DNA of 64,000 nucleotides from Phoronis australis (Eukaryota; Animalia; Phoronida). The notes beneath the pieces are model-generated. The model was not told the origin of the DNA, did no database searches, and saw nothing but the letters and a program-made list of their open reading frames with translations. This document shows, in pieces, positions 37,741-51,147 of this stretch (positions are counted from its first letter, which is position 1; each line of letters opens with the position of its first letter). Position numbers and translations under genes: made by a program. The DNA is taken from NCBI GenBank assembly GCA_002633005.1, contig NMRA01000002.1, positions 2,326,655-2,390,654 of the forward strand, read 5' to 3'.

Positions 37741-38367
37741 ACTTTATTTCACTATATTGCATTGTTACATACAACACAGCATGACATAATCAAAAATAAA
37801 AGAAGAGATTGAGCAATAAAATGCAAATACAACTTGGGTATTTATTTATTTATTTATGATTGCAGAAGCCTGTTAAAGGTGAGAAAAAATCAAACAATAC
37901 GATATTGGGTAATTTATTAGAACAATTGTATCGAGGTTCCATGATCAACTTGCACCGACAAAGTCCCAAAGGGTTACAGTTCTGTTTTGGCTGACAAGGT
38001 GTTAAGAGAGAATGAAGAAAAACTGAAAAGAAAAAGAAAGACAGTAGAGATAAGTGGTGTTGAGAACAACAAGAGCAAAAAGTCAAATAAAGAGGACACA
38101 AATTGAAAATAAGTAAGATCTATCTGGAATAAAGCAATTGCGATTTATTTTCCAGAACTGAAATTCTAAATCAATTTCAATCGATTTAAGAATCGATATC
38201 ATACTAGTAAAACAGTTTGTGGTTGTAGTAGAATTGCTGTAAACCACTTTCCACTATTTTCTTGGCCTTTTTCTGTGTGGTTTTCTGTTCTTTCAAAAGG
38301 CGGCAGCATATGACGACCATAGGAGTCATTATAAAATGGCTGCCGAAAAGCAATGCACAGTTCAAAC

Positions 38368-39483
38368 CACAGGCGCTTGGGTTTATAGCAAATGACGTCA
38401 CTCAATAATATATATAAGAAAACATAAAGGTTGGACACTCGAAACCTGTTTGCTCAGAATGTTCTACTCAAATGTGCATGGAACTCTACGAAACTAGCAT
38501 CGAACAACTCTTAGAATACCTTCTTTCATTCGATCTCTTCAAATTGCCTTCGAGTGGCGATTTGGCGACAAAAATGCCAAAAGAATGCCAAAATCACAAA
38601 TTCAAGGACCTGGTTCAGTGATGTCATGGCAGACGGTCTTCGCACATCCGGGTTTTTGACGGACGCTCCCGAGCTAAATCCGAAAGTCTAATTTCGCGCG
38701 GCTTTCGCCGTCAATCCATCGACTACTTGATCATGAGGAGCAGAGAGCACTTTATTGCCAAATAAATGTAATTACTCACATATTTGTGTCAAATATAAAT
38801 TATCCTGATACAGTATTGATATGCGAAGTTTTTTGTGTACTGTGATTTCTTATGAAGGTTTTATTTTTGGCCAAAACCATTGAGTTAACTCGTCGGCCAC
38901 GCGCATTGTAATACTTGCACGGGCTGCGTTTTCTGGCCGAGTGTGTGTTGTGCTTCAATCAAAAAGTGCGTGATGTCAAGATGAGAAACAAGATACGCCA
39001 GTTCATACAATAAAATTCTAAGTTAAGGGCTAAAATGAGCCGTCAGTGGAATAAAGTTACAAATAATCATTAAAATACTAACTTTAACATTCTCAATTAG
39101 TTGAGTTTTGGATCAGAGTTATTGAATTTGAAATATAGGTTACTTGCTCAAACTTGAAGTTTCACCTACGTCAGGCGTACAAGTTGAAGCACAACAGAAA
39201 TCCGCCATGTTTACTATTCCAGGTCCTTGAATTCAGAGTTTTGAGATTGTTTTGGAAATTCCATCGCCAATTCACCACTCACGAAGACAGTTAATGGGAT
39301 CTAGGAAAGATAAGGCTTCGAATGTTTATGCAATACCAGGCTAAGGGAGGTGCACGCAGATTTTGTTTGGATTTTGGACAGTTGAAGTTGGGAGCCTCGG
39401 CTAAACAGATTTCGAGTGTCCAACCTTTATGTTTTCTTATATATATATTGTGACGTTATTTGCGATAAACCCAAGCGCCTGTG
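38368..39483. mobile_element. Non-autonomous DNA transposon, 1116 bp, long TIRs, 8-bp TSD
   Basis: GTTCAAAC|CACAGGCGCTTGGGTTTAT...ATAAACCCAAGCGCCTGTG|GTTCAAAC. The inverted match extends about 80 bp or more. A second copy starts at 53220. Confidence 0.9.
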
Positions 39484-40929
39484 GTTCAAACAACTCGGCA
39501 TAAATAAAAGAAAACTTTTGAATCAACTAATACTATGGATTTGTGGGAGTCAAATCAAATTCTATGCAGAGCATAACTTTGAAGTGGAATAATTGGGTGA
39601 GTACGACAACAAGCCGGTTTTATGCTTAGGCGGACGACCATTGGGTTCCCGAGTATACCTCTTTTATTCATGCCAAGAATTCTCACTCAACAAGAATGTG
39701 CTCTGAAAACGACGGGGCTTCCGCGTATGCTGCTTTAAGAATAGAGCAGAGGCCAAATTTCTGGAATTCATTTGCTCAAAAAACGTGGAACTACTGAATG
39801 TCATTCGTCTCAATCCACTTACCATTTTCATCGAACTTGACCTCATCTTCTACAATTCGTCTGCTCAGTAACCGGAAGCTGAGATGTAGATTGGAAGTGA
39901 GTGGCGCCTCCTCTGAGAATTTCATAGGAAAATCTGCTCTGCACGTGCATCTGATCTATGGTCAAACGTGTTAGCGTAAAGGCCGTCCTACATGATTTTT
40001 TAAATTTATACTGTGGAGCGCCACATCGACAGATCCCCCAAATGGCCATCTTCAAAGTAATGTAAGATATGAGAATGAAGCGGTTTATTAAGCCAAATCG
40101 AACACCTATGAGCTCCATTCCGACAGTATAACCATAGGAAACAAGAAGTTGCGGCTTGCATGATTTCACTACTAGAAACATTTAACTCCACCATTGTGTG
40201 AAACGGGGCTTCCCAAGGGAATAGCCATTTTACATTAACACCGCTCAGTACCATATAAACCTTATGAGATGAATCGTGAAGATTCCCTCCGATGATCAAA
40301 GAGTTTCCATCAAGGTTAAAATTCGTTTGAAGTCTCACAGACTCGCAACTTGAGAAAGTCGCGTTTTAACATTTGAGATGGGGCGCGTTTCACGTTTGTG
40401 ATTACACTTTGAGTACTGGGCGTCCTCGTTCATCAAATGGAGTCGAAATACAACACGTTATTCCATAAACCGTTCCCTTTTACTCTGCTTTCTATGTGAT
40501 GAATCAATTCGGAAGAAACCACGCTCCAGACACTCAAGTACACTCGAATAATCTACTTTACATTTCAATCCGTGCAAGTATCATTACATACATGTACTTT
40601 CATTCAGTATCAAAAAATCAAAAACCATGTAATCAAAACTAATTGAGATACAGACCAGGAATCAATTCATATTGACGTGTAACAGCAAGCGCCCCTTCAT
40701 CATCAATGTGCGTTGGCTTATCAATATGTTACCATTCTCACTTCCCTACGTCATTGACACCATCACCGGGTTTACAACCATCACCACACCTACGTATACA
40801 TGCACAATATCACCGTCCTCGGCATTACTGCTATCACCACGAAGATCTTCAGCATCATATTCACCATCATTGTTGATATCGCCGTCGTCGTCTTCATCAT
40901 CCCCTCGTTATCGTGGTCATCTCAGATGC

Positions 40930-41817
40930 TTATGAAGATTTTCCTGTAGAGCCAGCCACTGATCCATCCGGTCCTATAGCCTCAATTAACTTCGCCATAC
41001 TCTCCTTCTTTTTGCTTCGCGACGACCTCCGGAAAAATGACCTTCTCAAAGAAGATGTCCCTTCTACTGCTTGCTGACTCAGCTTAATGTTACGAAGGTA
41101 CTCTTTGTACCTCGCTTGTTCTGCTGTCAGTGTATCTGACCTCACCGATGCCTCTCTCAGTTGTGTCTGCAGCTCGAATTTCTCCATCTCCAACTTTTCG
41201 AGTGTTTCTTTGACAATGTTTTCTTCTTCTTTGAACTTTTCCAGCATTCTGCATTCCAGTTTGTCGACGTTTTGTTTAAAGTCGCCATTCATTCTTTCCA
41301 GTCTTCGAGACATGGTCTGAATCTCAATCTTCAGTGATTCGGATGCCTTCTTCTGTTCTTGTTCCAATCGTTTCCTTTCTTCTGCTGTCTTATGTTGCTC
41401 GCGTTCAGCCATCTTTTGCCTCTCGTTGTCGACTACCTCTTGTTGCTTGCGCTGAGCGACTTCTCTGATCAGCTTTGATAGCTTTTCTCTTTCATCTCTT
41501 TCATTCGACAACTCCTCTGCTATTCCATTGATCTTATCCACCAACGAGGTCTCAACCCGAGTTATCTCCTGCTTCAGGTTATTCAGAATGACTTGACGTT
41601 CTTGTTTCAGTTCTTCACATTTTCGACCATAAACGTTGCAAAGATTTCCGTTTGAAGCCGCCATTTCTTCTTTTGTTACCTTATTTTCATTTAGCTCCAT
41701 CACACGTGCTTCTAAAACTTTAATTCTCTCATTTAGGTTCTGAGCGTCTCTTGCGCTCACGCTCGCGCTGTTCGCCTTCAGTCGCTCATTTTCATCAATC
41801 AGACTATTGCACCACGT
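40930..41817 (-). CDS. Uncharacterised coiled-coil protein, last coding exon (exon 5)
   Basis: ttatttag|TWCNSLIDENERLKANSASVSARDAQNLNERIKVLEARV...GSTGKSS*. 888 nt, E/K/Q/R-rich heptad pattern. Confidence 0.88.
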   Translation of the reverse strand, partial: TWCNSLIDENERLKANSASVSARDAQNLNERIKVLEARVMELNENKVTKEEMAASNGNLCNVYGRKCEELKQERQVILNNLKQEITRVETSLVDKINGIAEELSNERDEREKLSKLIREVAQRKQQEVVDNERQKMAEREQHKTAEERKRLEQEQKKASESLKIEIQTMSRRLERMNGDFKQNVDKLECRMLEKFKEEENIVKETLEKLEMEKFELQTQLREASVRSDTLTAEQARYKEYLRNIKLSQQAVEGTSSLRRSFFRRSSRSKKKESMAKLIEAIGPDGSVAGSTGKSS

Positions 41818-42129
41818 CTAAATAATTGAACGAGAACAGATTATCAACAAAATACCACGCTTCGTTGTTGGCAAACATAGTACATGTATAAAGCATAAAG
41901 TACCAACGTCACTTGGATTTGTATTATGTTCATTTTTCGAACAAGACGCTCCAAATCGATTGTTTGTCGTTTAAACTTGTTACGATGTTTTTCATGTATG
42001 CTGTGAAATGAAGAATATTATCCAACGTCATTGCGATATAAACGTAACTGTTTGGAAAAACCGCGTATTCCTAATTGCTTTAATTTGAGAACTTGTGTTC
42101 GAATAACACTCAACCACGTCATTGCTTAC

Positions 42130-42255
42130 CTGAAACGCGTCCATTTTTCTTTGCAATGTATCACAGGTTTCGTTCAAGGTGGTAAGGTGCTCATTGCTAA
42201 TATTTTGTTCTTCACGATAAGTTTTATTCTCGTCTGACAGAGAATTGCACACATC
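42130..42255 (-). CDS. Coiled-coil protein exon 4
   Basis: ttttgcag|DVCNSLSDENKTYREEQNISNEHLTTLNETCDTLQRKMDAFQ|gtaagc. 126 nt, phase 0-0. Confidence 0.85.
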
Positions 42256-42549
42256 CTGCAAAACAGATTATTTCTCTTGAAAGTTATTTAAACAACGAAA
42301 AAGTGTGGAACTATGTACAAATAAAAAAGCTTTTCTTGTTGTTGACACACTAGGGAGGCAAATTTCAGCGTTGTCTTTCTCTTATGCTTTCTAGAGAATT
42401 TGCCCAACAACGCAGAATATATTTCACGTCTTGTAGAAGTTCACGTGTATCGCACAGGCTCCAGTTATGTTTGATTCACGTTGTATCAAACGTGCGCAGG
42501 ACTCTCAGGTGAGCCTGTTGCACTGATCACAAATGATTTATTAACATAA

Positions 42550-42639
42550 GGTTAAAACTGAGCTGAGGGACTAGAGTCCCATTGGGGTTCAAATTCACGT
42601 CGTTGAGTAAAGGAAGCGCGGACACTATACCACAAGGCC
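42550..42639 (-). mobile_element. tRNA-derived SINE head (counterpart of 44355-44442)
   Basis: Degenerate A and B boxes on the minus strand. Confidence 0.55.
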
Positions 42640-44354
42640 TTTGTCAATGCCTACTCTCAAGGTCTAATCCTAGCGGTCATTGGTTTGGTACATGTACTAA
42701 TGGCTTGTTTTACTTTTGCTCCCGATGTCACGTGTTAACGAACAACAAATACACAATTGGTCCAGAGACAACAGGGACTTACCATCCAGTGGTCTCCACT
42801 AATTACTTGTATCTTAATGTAATGACATGGAATTAGTGTACGTCAAGTGATATGGCGAAACTAGTAGACAGGCATGTTTTAACTACCTAATTAGTGATCG
42901 ACGAGAAAACAGAAAGATATAAGTAACAAAAGCTACGGGATTAATTTTAGAAAAGCTGTAATGTACAACATTATTCTTAATTTATACGTACATGTAGAAT
43001 GACACCTGTTAGTATTGGATTTTAGATCCCATGTTAGTTTGTAGCTGATTTATATATATTGGTGAAATGACAGGTATGCCGTGGTAATTTGTTACAAACA
43101 TGACTGATTATGGTGGCTAGTGACATTGGAAATACCAGAGGCTTTGATTAAATACAATGAGTAATCATAACCTTTTCTTGGGAAATCGCAACCACGTTAT
43201 TTGATTTCGGCGCAGCACGGAAATAAGTTAGGGGGCGATACTGTAACGTCGTAGTTGTTATACAAGGCAAGTGCACACAGCGCTGCGTTGCATAAATCCT
43301 CAACATTACCCTCGGTTGTGGACGAGTTTGATTTTGGAAGTGCATTTTCCAAACTGTGAACGTGACACGTGATATACTAGTCGTGTGACGTCACTGTTGT
43401 TTTCCACTGTACCGATGACTCTGACGTCTTTGTGGGCAAACATGTACATGTACCTTCCGCCCGTCTGCACAATCACAAGATTGAAATTTGCTGGTTTCAC
43501 GATATTTTATGCATCTATAGACTTGTCCGACTAAGCAGTGACGTTTTCGCCCTTGCTGATTTGATTAATGTCGAAAATTGGGCGTTATGACGACAATTGT
43601 CTTAGCGAACGGAGTACATCAATTACGGTTTCTTGTTGCAAAACTTTTGATCAGACTTCACGTATATACGTACGCATTCACAGAGCACAATGCGTCTACG
43701 ATTCATTGATTATATAAAATACCAAGTACAGAAAGCAACTTGATCAACTCACTGAGCTGTTACCATAGAAATGCGAAAAGGTCTTGATCTGATCACATGT
43801 AGTTAGATAATTCAGTGTATTTATAAGTCTCCGTGATGTCAATGTGAGCTTTAGTTAGTCACTCATATACTAGCTACGCGATTCACTGCGTCCGCGGACT
43901 GACCATGCATAAATTAACACGCGCATGCGTGCGAGAAACCACTCCGTTAAGATTCTGTGGAGGTTGCCAAGATGACAAGACCCATTGCTATACCGATGCC
44001 TTTTCCTCAGTGCAGATGGAAAGTCATGGTCATCAGCCCAGAAAACCAATGAAATAGCTCATGTATATCTGAAAACTCATGCGTCGGCATGCCCGAAAAC
44101 CGTCCAGGCGCTTACAATTGTTTTAATTTGCAACGACTTTCCGTTTCTTATTAATTCAAGGGATTTCCTGTACGGCGTCGCTAACATTTTTCAAACTCAN
44201 ATTTGTCCAACAACGCAGTAAATATTTCACGTCTTGTAGAAATTCACGTGTATCGCACGGGCTCCAGTTATGTCTGATTCACGTTGTATCAGACGTGCGC
44301 AGGACTCTCAGGTGAGCTTGTTGCACTGATCACATATGCTATATTAACATAAGG

Positions 44355-44442
44355 TTAAAACTGAGCTGAGGAACTAGAGTTCCATAGGGATTCGAACTCA
44401 CGTCGTTGAGTGAAGGAAGCGCGGACACTATACCACTAGGCC
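44355..44442 (-). mobile_element. tRNA-derived SINE head
   Basis: Minus strand: A-box GGCCTAGTGGT ... B-box GAGTTCGAATCCC with tRNA-like spacing, but no intact cloverleaf. Confidence 0.65.
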
Positions 44443-47400
44443 TTTGTCAATGCCTACTCTCAAGGTCTAATCCTAGCGGCCATTGGTTTGGTACATGTAC
44501 ATGTACTAATGGCTTGTTTTACTTTTGCTCCCGATGTCACGTGTTAACGAACAACAAATACACAATTGGTCCAGAGAAGACAACAGGGATTTACCATCCA
44601 GTGGTCTCCACTCATTACTTGTATCTTAATATAATGACATGGAATTATTGTACGTCAAGTGATATGGCGAAACTAGTAGACAAGCATAGTAAGTACCTAA
44701 TTAGTGATCGACGAGAAAATAGAAAGATATAAGTAACAAACAGGATTAATTTTAGAAAAAGCTGTAATGTACAACATTATTCTTAATTTATACGTAGAAC
44801 GACACCTGTTAGTATTGGATTTTAGATCCCATGTTAGTTTGTAGCTGATTTATATACATTGGTGAAATGACAGGTATGCCGTGGTAATTTGTTACAAACA
44901 TGACTGATTATGGTGGCTAGTGACATTGGAAATACCAGAGGCTTTGATTAAATACAATGAGTAATCATTACATTTTCTTGGAAGGGCGCAACCACGTTAT
45001 TTGATTGCGGCGCAGCACGGAAATAAGTTAGGGGGCTATAGCCCCCCAGCCTCCTATGATACGCCTCTCATGATATAGTATCCTTGAGATCTCGTGTACT
45101 TGAGAAGGTACTGGTATAGCTGAAAAATATCACTTCAGGTGCAGTTAAGCCACAATGTATCGTGTATCTGAGGTGCTTTTCCGGCTCCGCAGTAGAAAGA
45201 AGACCCTCTCCAATTTGACAATGTTTGAGGTCACTAGAGGGTGTGCCACAGTGCAAAAATATCCTTGAACTTTGCCCCTGAACGGTTTGCAGTGTTAAAA
45301 GTCCTATATTTTTGTCCGTTGGACGCCAAATCCAATTTTAGTTAGCATACTCCTTGCAGGCTGACTTTCGGTGTCAGCTTAGGCCGATTTCGGTATTCTT
45401 AAATTTGGTTTTAAGAAACTTTAAGGAATCTGAGCTAAGGCAGGTTTAATGTAACTGAGTTTGGTCTCTGTTAAATATTAACTCCCCGCTTCATTTCAGT
45501 TTAAACTTCACTAAACCGGATTTTAACGCAAGTCAGTTCAGTCGAAATTCAATCCCGAATATGGCTCATTATTTTCAAAGTCAATTGAATTTATTACGAT
45601 ATTTTAGACATTTCAATTAGGTGGTGCATTGTTCCACATGGGCGATACTGTAACGTCGTAGTTGTTATACAAGGCAAGTGCACACAGCGCTGCGTTGCAT
45701 AAATCCTCAACATTACCCTCGGTTGTGGACGAGTTTGATTTTGGAAGTGCATTTTCCAAACTGTGAACGTGACACGTGATATACTAGTCGTGTGACGTCA
45801 CTGTTGTTTTCCACTGTACCGATGACTCTGACGTCTTTGTGGGCAAACATGTACATGTACCTTCCGCCCGTCTGCACAATCACAAGATTGAAATTTGCTG
45901 GTTTCACGATATTTTATGCATCTATAGACTTGTCCGACTAAGCAGTGACGTTTTCGCCCTTGCTGATTTGATTAATGTCGAAAATTGGGCGTTATGACGA
46001 CAATTGTCTTAGCGAACGGAGTACATCAATTACGGTTTCTTGTTGCAAAACTTTTGATCAGACTTCACGTATATACGTACGCATTCACAGAGCACAATGC
46101 GTCTACGATTCATTGATTATATAAAATACCAAGTACAGAAAGCAACTTGATCAACTCACTGAGCTGTTACCATAGAAATGCGAAAAGGTCTTGATCTGAT
46201 CACATGTAGTTAGATAATTCAGTGTATTTATAAGTCTCCGTGATGTCAATGTGAGCTTTAGTTAGTCACTCATATACTAGCTACGCGATTCATTGCGTCC
46301 GCGGACTGACCATGCATAAATTAACAAGCGCATGCGTGCGAGAAACCACTCCGTTAAGATTCTGTGGAGGTTGCCAAGATGACAAGACCCATTGCTATAC
46401 CGATGCCTTTTCCTCAGTGCTGATGGAAAGTCATGGTCATCAGCCCAGAAAACCAATGAAATAGCTCATGTATATCTGAAAACTCATGCGTCGGCATGCC
46501 CGAAAACCGTCCAGGCGCTTATAATTGTTTTAATTTGCAACGACTTTCCGTTTCTTATTAATTCAAGGGATTTCCTGTACGGCGTCGCTAACATTTTTCA
46601 AACTCATTGTGGGGCGGTTGTCGGCTTCTAAACAGCCGGTGACATCCTCAAAACTTGAGACGTGGGCTACTTAAGTAAACGCAAGAATTTAGCGAGTAAA
46701 CTTGGGTTAGTGTGTCCACACACATCGTGTGTAATGCAATATATCACAATCGTGCATGATATTGGGTTTGCACGAGATTTTTGGCTCTACAAAAAGCAGT
46801 CTTGGAGTTTCCCTGCGGTGCATGGGAAGAATTCACTTCAGCGTGGTCGGAAGAGAAGTATTCCGGTAAAAGATTTGCTAAAAGTCCATGTATTCGTTTG
46901 ATGCATTGTAAGGCTCATTTTCAATTTATATTTTTGTATTCGAATGTTTTGTGATACATACTGCAGTGTACTACAGTGCTTTCACTGATGGTTAACTCAA
47001 GTGGCAAGCATTGTTTACAAGTCATCAATGCCCCTTATAAAGTCCCCAGGGGCCACACTCAGATTGCAGACACCAGCAGACACCCGTTTCAGTTCATACT
47101 GGGGTGCACTCTAAGTGCTCCATGGTCAGATGTATACCTACAACTGCCGAAGCGGAAGCGATCAAAAGCAAGTGGTCGCTTGGCAGTTGTCTTAATGCGC
47201 AATAGTAAACGAAATGCCATGTTTTTCTGCCCACCTCATTGGTTACATGTGAAGGACCGGATAAGATCATGCGCTTGGTGTTGGCTTACGGAGTAAATTT
47301 AACCGGAAAGTTTCGCATGGGTTCCAAATCGGCTGTTTGTGAGACACCATGTTTGCCATTGATCGAATGGCTTTACATAATTGTATCCCAGACTAACCGT

Positions 47401-49741
47401 AAAGCAATCTTTGCTCCACTACAGACGTGGTTGCTTTGGGTAGAATGTTAAGTTATAAATCAGTATTTCGGATCCAATAAATCGCCATACTGACGACTAC
47501 TATGGTGATATGCAATTTCAAAGTTTGTGTCACAATTTTTCTTAAAGTTACAGTTGCAGTACTTCATCGAGATCGAGTCCAGTCTATCTCATTTCCAAAG
47601 CGTCAATTTTAGCACTGCGCCACCAACACGTTACTGAAATCGAAAGAAAAAATACAAGCCTTTTTAAGTTCATCTGCCGGCCGACATATTTCTTTTTAAA
47701 TACTACCGTTAAATATTAACCACCAGGTAAATGTAAACCTGCATCACCGAAGCCAGATAAATGCAAACTTGCATCAAGGCATCGTAGTTCCTACCATCAC
47801 ACAGGTGTACAAAAGGCGTTACTTTCAATACACGTCGTTTGCACTGACTTTATCACATACGTGTTGAATGAGTTGAGTGCAATACAGTCATGTGGTATAA
47901 CATGTATGCACTTCCGGGACTACTTTTAACAGTGCCCTCTATACTCAGACATGGGAAGTACTGTACAAAAGGTAAGTCAATGTCGACTCGATGTTGCTAG
48001 CTGGCTCGACCAACAATTTTTGCCAAAATAGTTTAAAGTAATAAAGTTGCAGCGGTATAAAAAACACTCCTCGTGCAATCATGTTCCGGACATAACATCT
48101 GATACAAAACTGTTAATTGTGAAACATTTTTGCTCAGTTATATTATATCATCTGCAAATAAGGCGCCAATTCCTCGGTAACTACATTGTTTATTATTGTT
48201 GTTATTTAATTATTTTTAAAAATGTTACGCATTCAAGGCACAATTACCGTTGTTTTCATCTTTATTATCTCTTTTTAAGTTATAATTCATTACATTTAAT
48301 ACTGTTTTCTTTTACCAGAGTAAACTTGTAACACAACGCGCAAGTACATACACCACATGTATACTTGGAGGTTGAGATCCGCCATGTGAACAGTCTGGGT
48401 GAAGTGTTTAAAAAAGCTGCCGAAAAAATAAAAGAAACTTAAGAATTTGAAGGATATGGGATAATTCGACCTCGGTCGATACAGTACGCGGAATAATGTG
48501 TCGTGGGGAATAATTTTATCTACGCCACCCTCGGTGCGTTTGTGTGTATTTTGCGTTTACTCTGAACGTGCTGGCGTGCAGCTTAACCAAATCGCGTTGA
48601 TTTTAGGCGACTGTTTTGCGTTATAAGATTCGATACATTTCATAAGAGGTATCAATTGTTCCTTCGTTCAATCCGAACATTTGGTGGAAGATTTTTCAAA
48701 ACTTTTGCACAACGTTTTGGATGAAAATCTGGAAGCTGACTGACCGAACGAGTCATCGACATACCAAATATTTGTGTAGCACCTTCCATGACTTAGCGGA
48801 TGCTATCATGTCACGGTAGTAAATCAATTATAGACTTTCACATCCGGTGTCTATCACATTTTAGGCCTAAACTCTGGCATATTGACCGCGCTGAAATTCA
48901 GTACTTTGATTATGTGATTTATTATTTCAGATGACAGACTATTTAATTTTTAAAGTGTTGATTTTGCGTTGAGTTTTCGTATTATTACGTTTGTGAAGAA
49001 CGCGCAACATCAAATATCACATTGACTTCATACTAAACAACAGGCAAACTCAATGGCAGACATTAAGTACGACTTAATTCAAAAAGCAATATCGTATTTT
49101 TTAGATAAGAAACTCCTTGTCTTAAATTGCTCGTATCAACTTATTTCGCTATACCAACAACGTCGTATTAATGCCATCTAGAGAAATGCAGCGTGGTAAT
49201 CGTAATTATGAACTTAGCTCATTTCAAATTAGACGTCCGCCACCCCCTGATTTTTTTTCCTGTTTCATAGAAAACACAGTGCAGCGGAACATCAAAGTAA
49301 ACCATAAAACAGAGAATGCAAAAAGCTGCTATTCACCTGACAATGTCCACCGTTTTATAAAGGAAAATACTCTGACGATGTAGCGTTTTGTGTTGAAGCC
49401 AAAAAGCTAAACTAAAGTTTGATGTACTCAAAATCCAAAAAAAAAATTACTAACGTCGACGTAAGAAAACCAGCAAACCGGAAATATAATTAAAGCCGTT
49501 AAGACATAAAATTAACCTGATACACCGAAATGAGTCCATTTCCAAAGGCATTTCAATCATTTATTTTATTTATGGTTGCTTTTCAGTAACCCATGTGAAC
49601 TTCACATTATTTTGCCTTGCCTAATTTGTTTAGGCGAAGTGTAACGCTAAAATTAATTGGGTGACCTTTTTGCAGATTTGGTGTGGGTAAACCGTCACAC
49701 TTTAAAATCACCAATATATTAAAACTTGCTAAAGCCTTTAA

Positions 49742-49900
49742 AGGAGCATGCCACCTAAAAAGATGAATTTTTATCAATTCAGCTCGAGCAGTTCCATTCG
49801 ATGACAGTTCGCTCAGGTCTTTAAAAGTAGACGGCAGGCGGTGTTAAATGTAGCCTGTGACGTCACTGAGTCATGATTGTGTCGCATAGTTAGAAGCTGT
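49742..49900. mobile_element. Partial Kolobok-like MITE related to 16210-16447 (reverse orientation)
   Basis: TTAA|AGGAGCATGCCACC-aaaaa...tatcaattcagctcgagcagttcca matches the reverse complement of the 16447 end. Confidence 0.6.
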
Positions 49901-50063
49901 CTCTGGTCTCACAGAGTTTTGAAACTCTGCAAGCGCACACGTAACTAATGATTTTCTGTGAGACAACTTACGCTTATGGGGAATTTTCACAGCCCACTTG
50001 GAACCACAGGATATTTTTGCGTTCATGTATCAGTTGAGATGTCACTGATAAAAATTCACTTAC

Positions 50064-50200
50064 CTGCAGCGCATCAATTTTTCTTTGCAGATTGTCACAT
50101 CGTTCCATGAGCACAGCGGCTTTTGAAGGCTTGCTCTTTTTCGGTTTTAACGAAGACGTGCTCTCTGCCACACTCTCCACGCTGGTGCATCTGTCGACAC
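50064..50200 (-). CDS. Coiled-coil protein exon 3
   Basis: gacag|.VDRCTSVESVAESTSSLKPKKSKPSKAAVLMERCDNLQRKIDALQ|gtaagt. 137 nt, phase 1-0. Confidence 0.82.
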
Positions 50201-50902
50201 CTGTCGCGATGAACAAAACTTGTGTGACATTCAGATTGAGGATCGCGGTGCTTTTAAGGGATATCTTCGACTACCTGTCCGCAATGCCAAAATTACTTGC
50301 CAAGATGAGTTTCCGCATAACTATCTCGTAAAATGTACAATGATAATGAAAGAACTTCATGATACGGAAAACTGGATTTATTTGAGTACTTAAAGCAATG
50401 TTTCGCAGGTCATTGCCACTAGTGCAATGCTCTTGTGTTGCCGTGAGACCTAATCGCATACATGCATGTACATGTATATGCAAGCTTAGGAAACGAATTG
50501 TAAAGTCAGTCGTAGGCGTATAGTACGTCTGCGTGGTTTTTAAGTTCTAGAAAATGTTTTATGCCTTAGATTTGGAAGACCTTTCGTTGTACAAGCTGGT
50601 CTTTTTTATATGCAGTATGTACACGATAACGCCATACTGACATTGACGGATAATCCATCGAATGAGTTGGAATATTGTCGAAATTTATGGGCTTCTGCGA
50701 CACCTGTTGACGCTTGCTGATCTTGAGGGAATACTTAAAACACTTCATACAGCATATGAAAGTGCAAGGCAAAGTGAACGTGGGAAGATACGCTGACTGG
50801 AATAGTCGTGGCGCATTGGATCGAGTTCACACATTTCACAGCTTTTGACTTACTTCCCTGTTAACGTAACATTGCTCGTATTCCTTTTCTTCTATCTCAT
50901 AC

Positions 50903-51147
50903 CTTGTGTGGGTGTGGGTATCTTTGACCTGAGGTCATCAAACGACCCGCGTGGTGTAGTCGCACGTGAACTAACGTTACTGGAAGTTCGAGTGTAGAAA
51001 GCATTCTGAAGCTTCCGCAACTGCGTGGAGGACGTTTCCTGGAGCGAAACACTTCTTCTGAGCCTTCCCCTTGTCCCCATGTTCTGTACGCCATTCTGCT
51101 CAAGAAACTTGATCCTGTTCCTCACAGAACCCCGCTTTGGTTCAAAC
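50903..51147 (-). CDS. Coiled-coil protein exon 2
   Basis: gaacag|.FEPKRGSVRNRIKFLEQNG...RSKIPTPTQG|gtatga. 245 nt, phase 2-1. Confidence 0.78.

Larger units (their letters stand above)
42398..46606. other. Two near-identical copies (42398-44199 and 44201-46606) across a single N: probable uncollapsed haplotypes
   Basis: Colinear with scattered SNPs and indels. The second copy carries about 607 extra bp (45037-45643). Confidence 0.85.

Noticed and set aside
37272-37812. 150-178 aa ORFs
   Set aside because: They are artefacts of translating through the N gap.
39664-40338. Minus-strand ORFs and an exon-like segment (FRLLSRRIVEDEVKFDEN|gtaagt) downstream of the coiled-coil gene
   Set aside because: No recognisable homology or partner exons. 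The region is probably 3' UTR or intergenic.
40672-40935. Ser/Thr-rich ORF
   Set aside because: It is low-complexity (ATC/ACC/GTC)-rich sequence antisense to the 3' UTR of the coiled-coil gene.
42582-46631. Pairs of near-identical small ORFs suggesting a duplicated gene family
   Set aside because: They result from the duplicated intronic haplotype segments and show no coding features.
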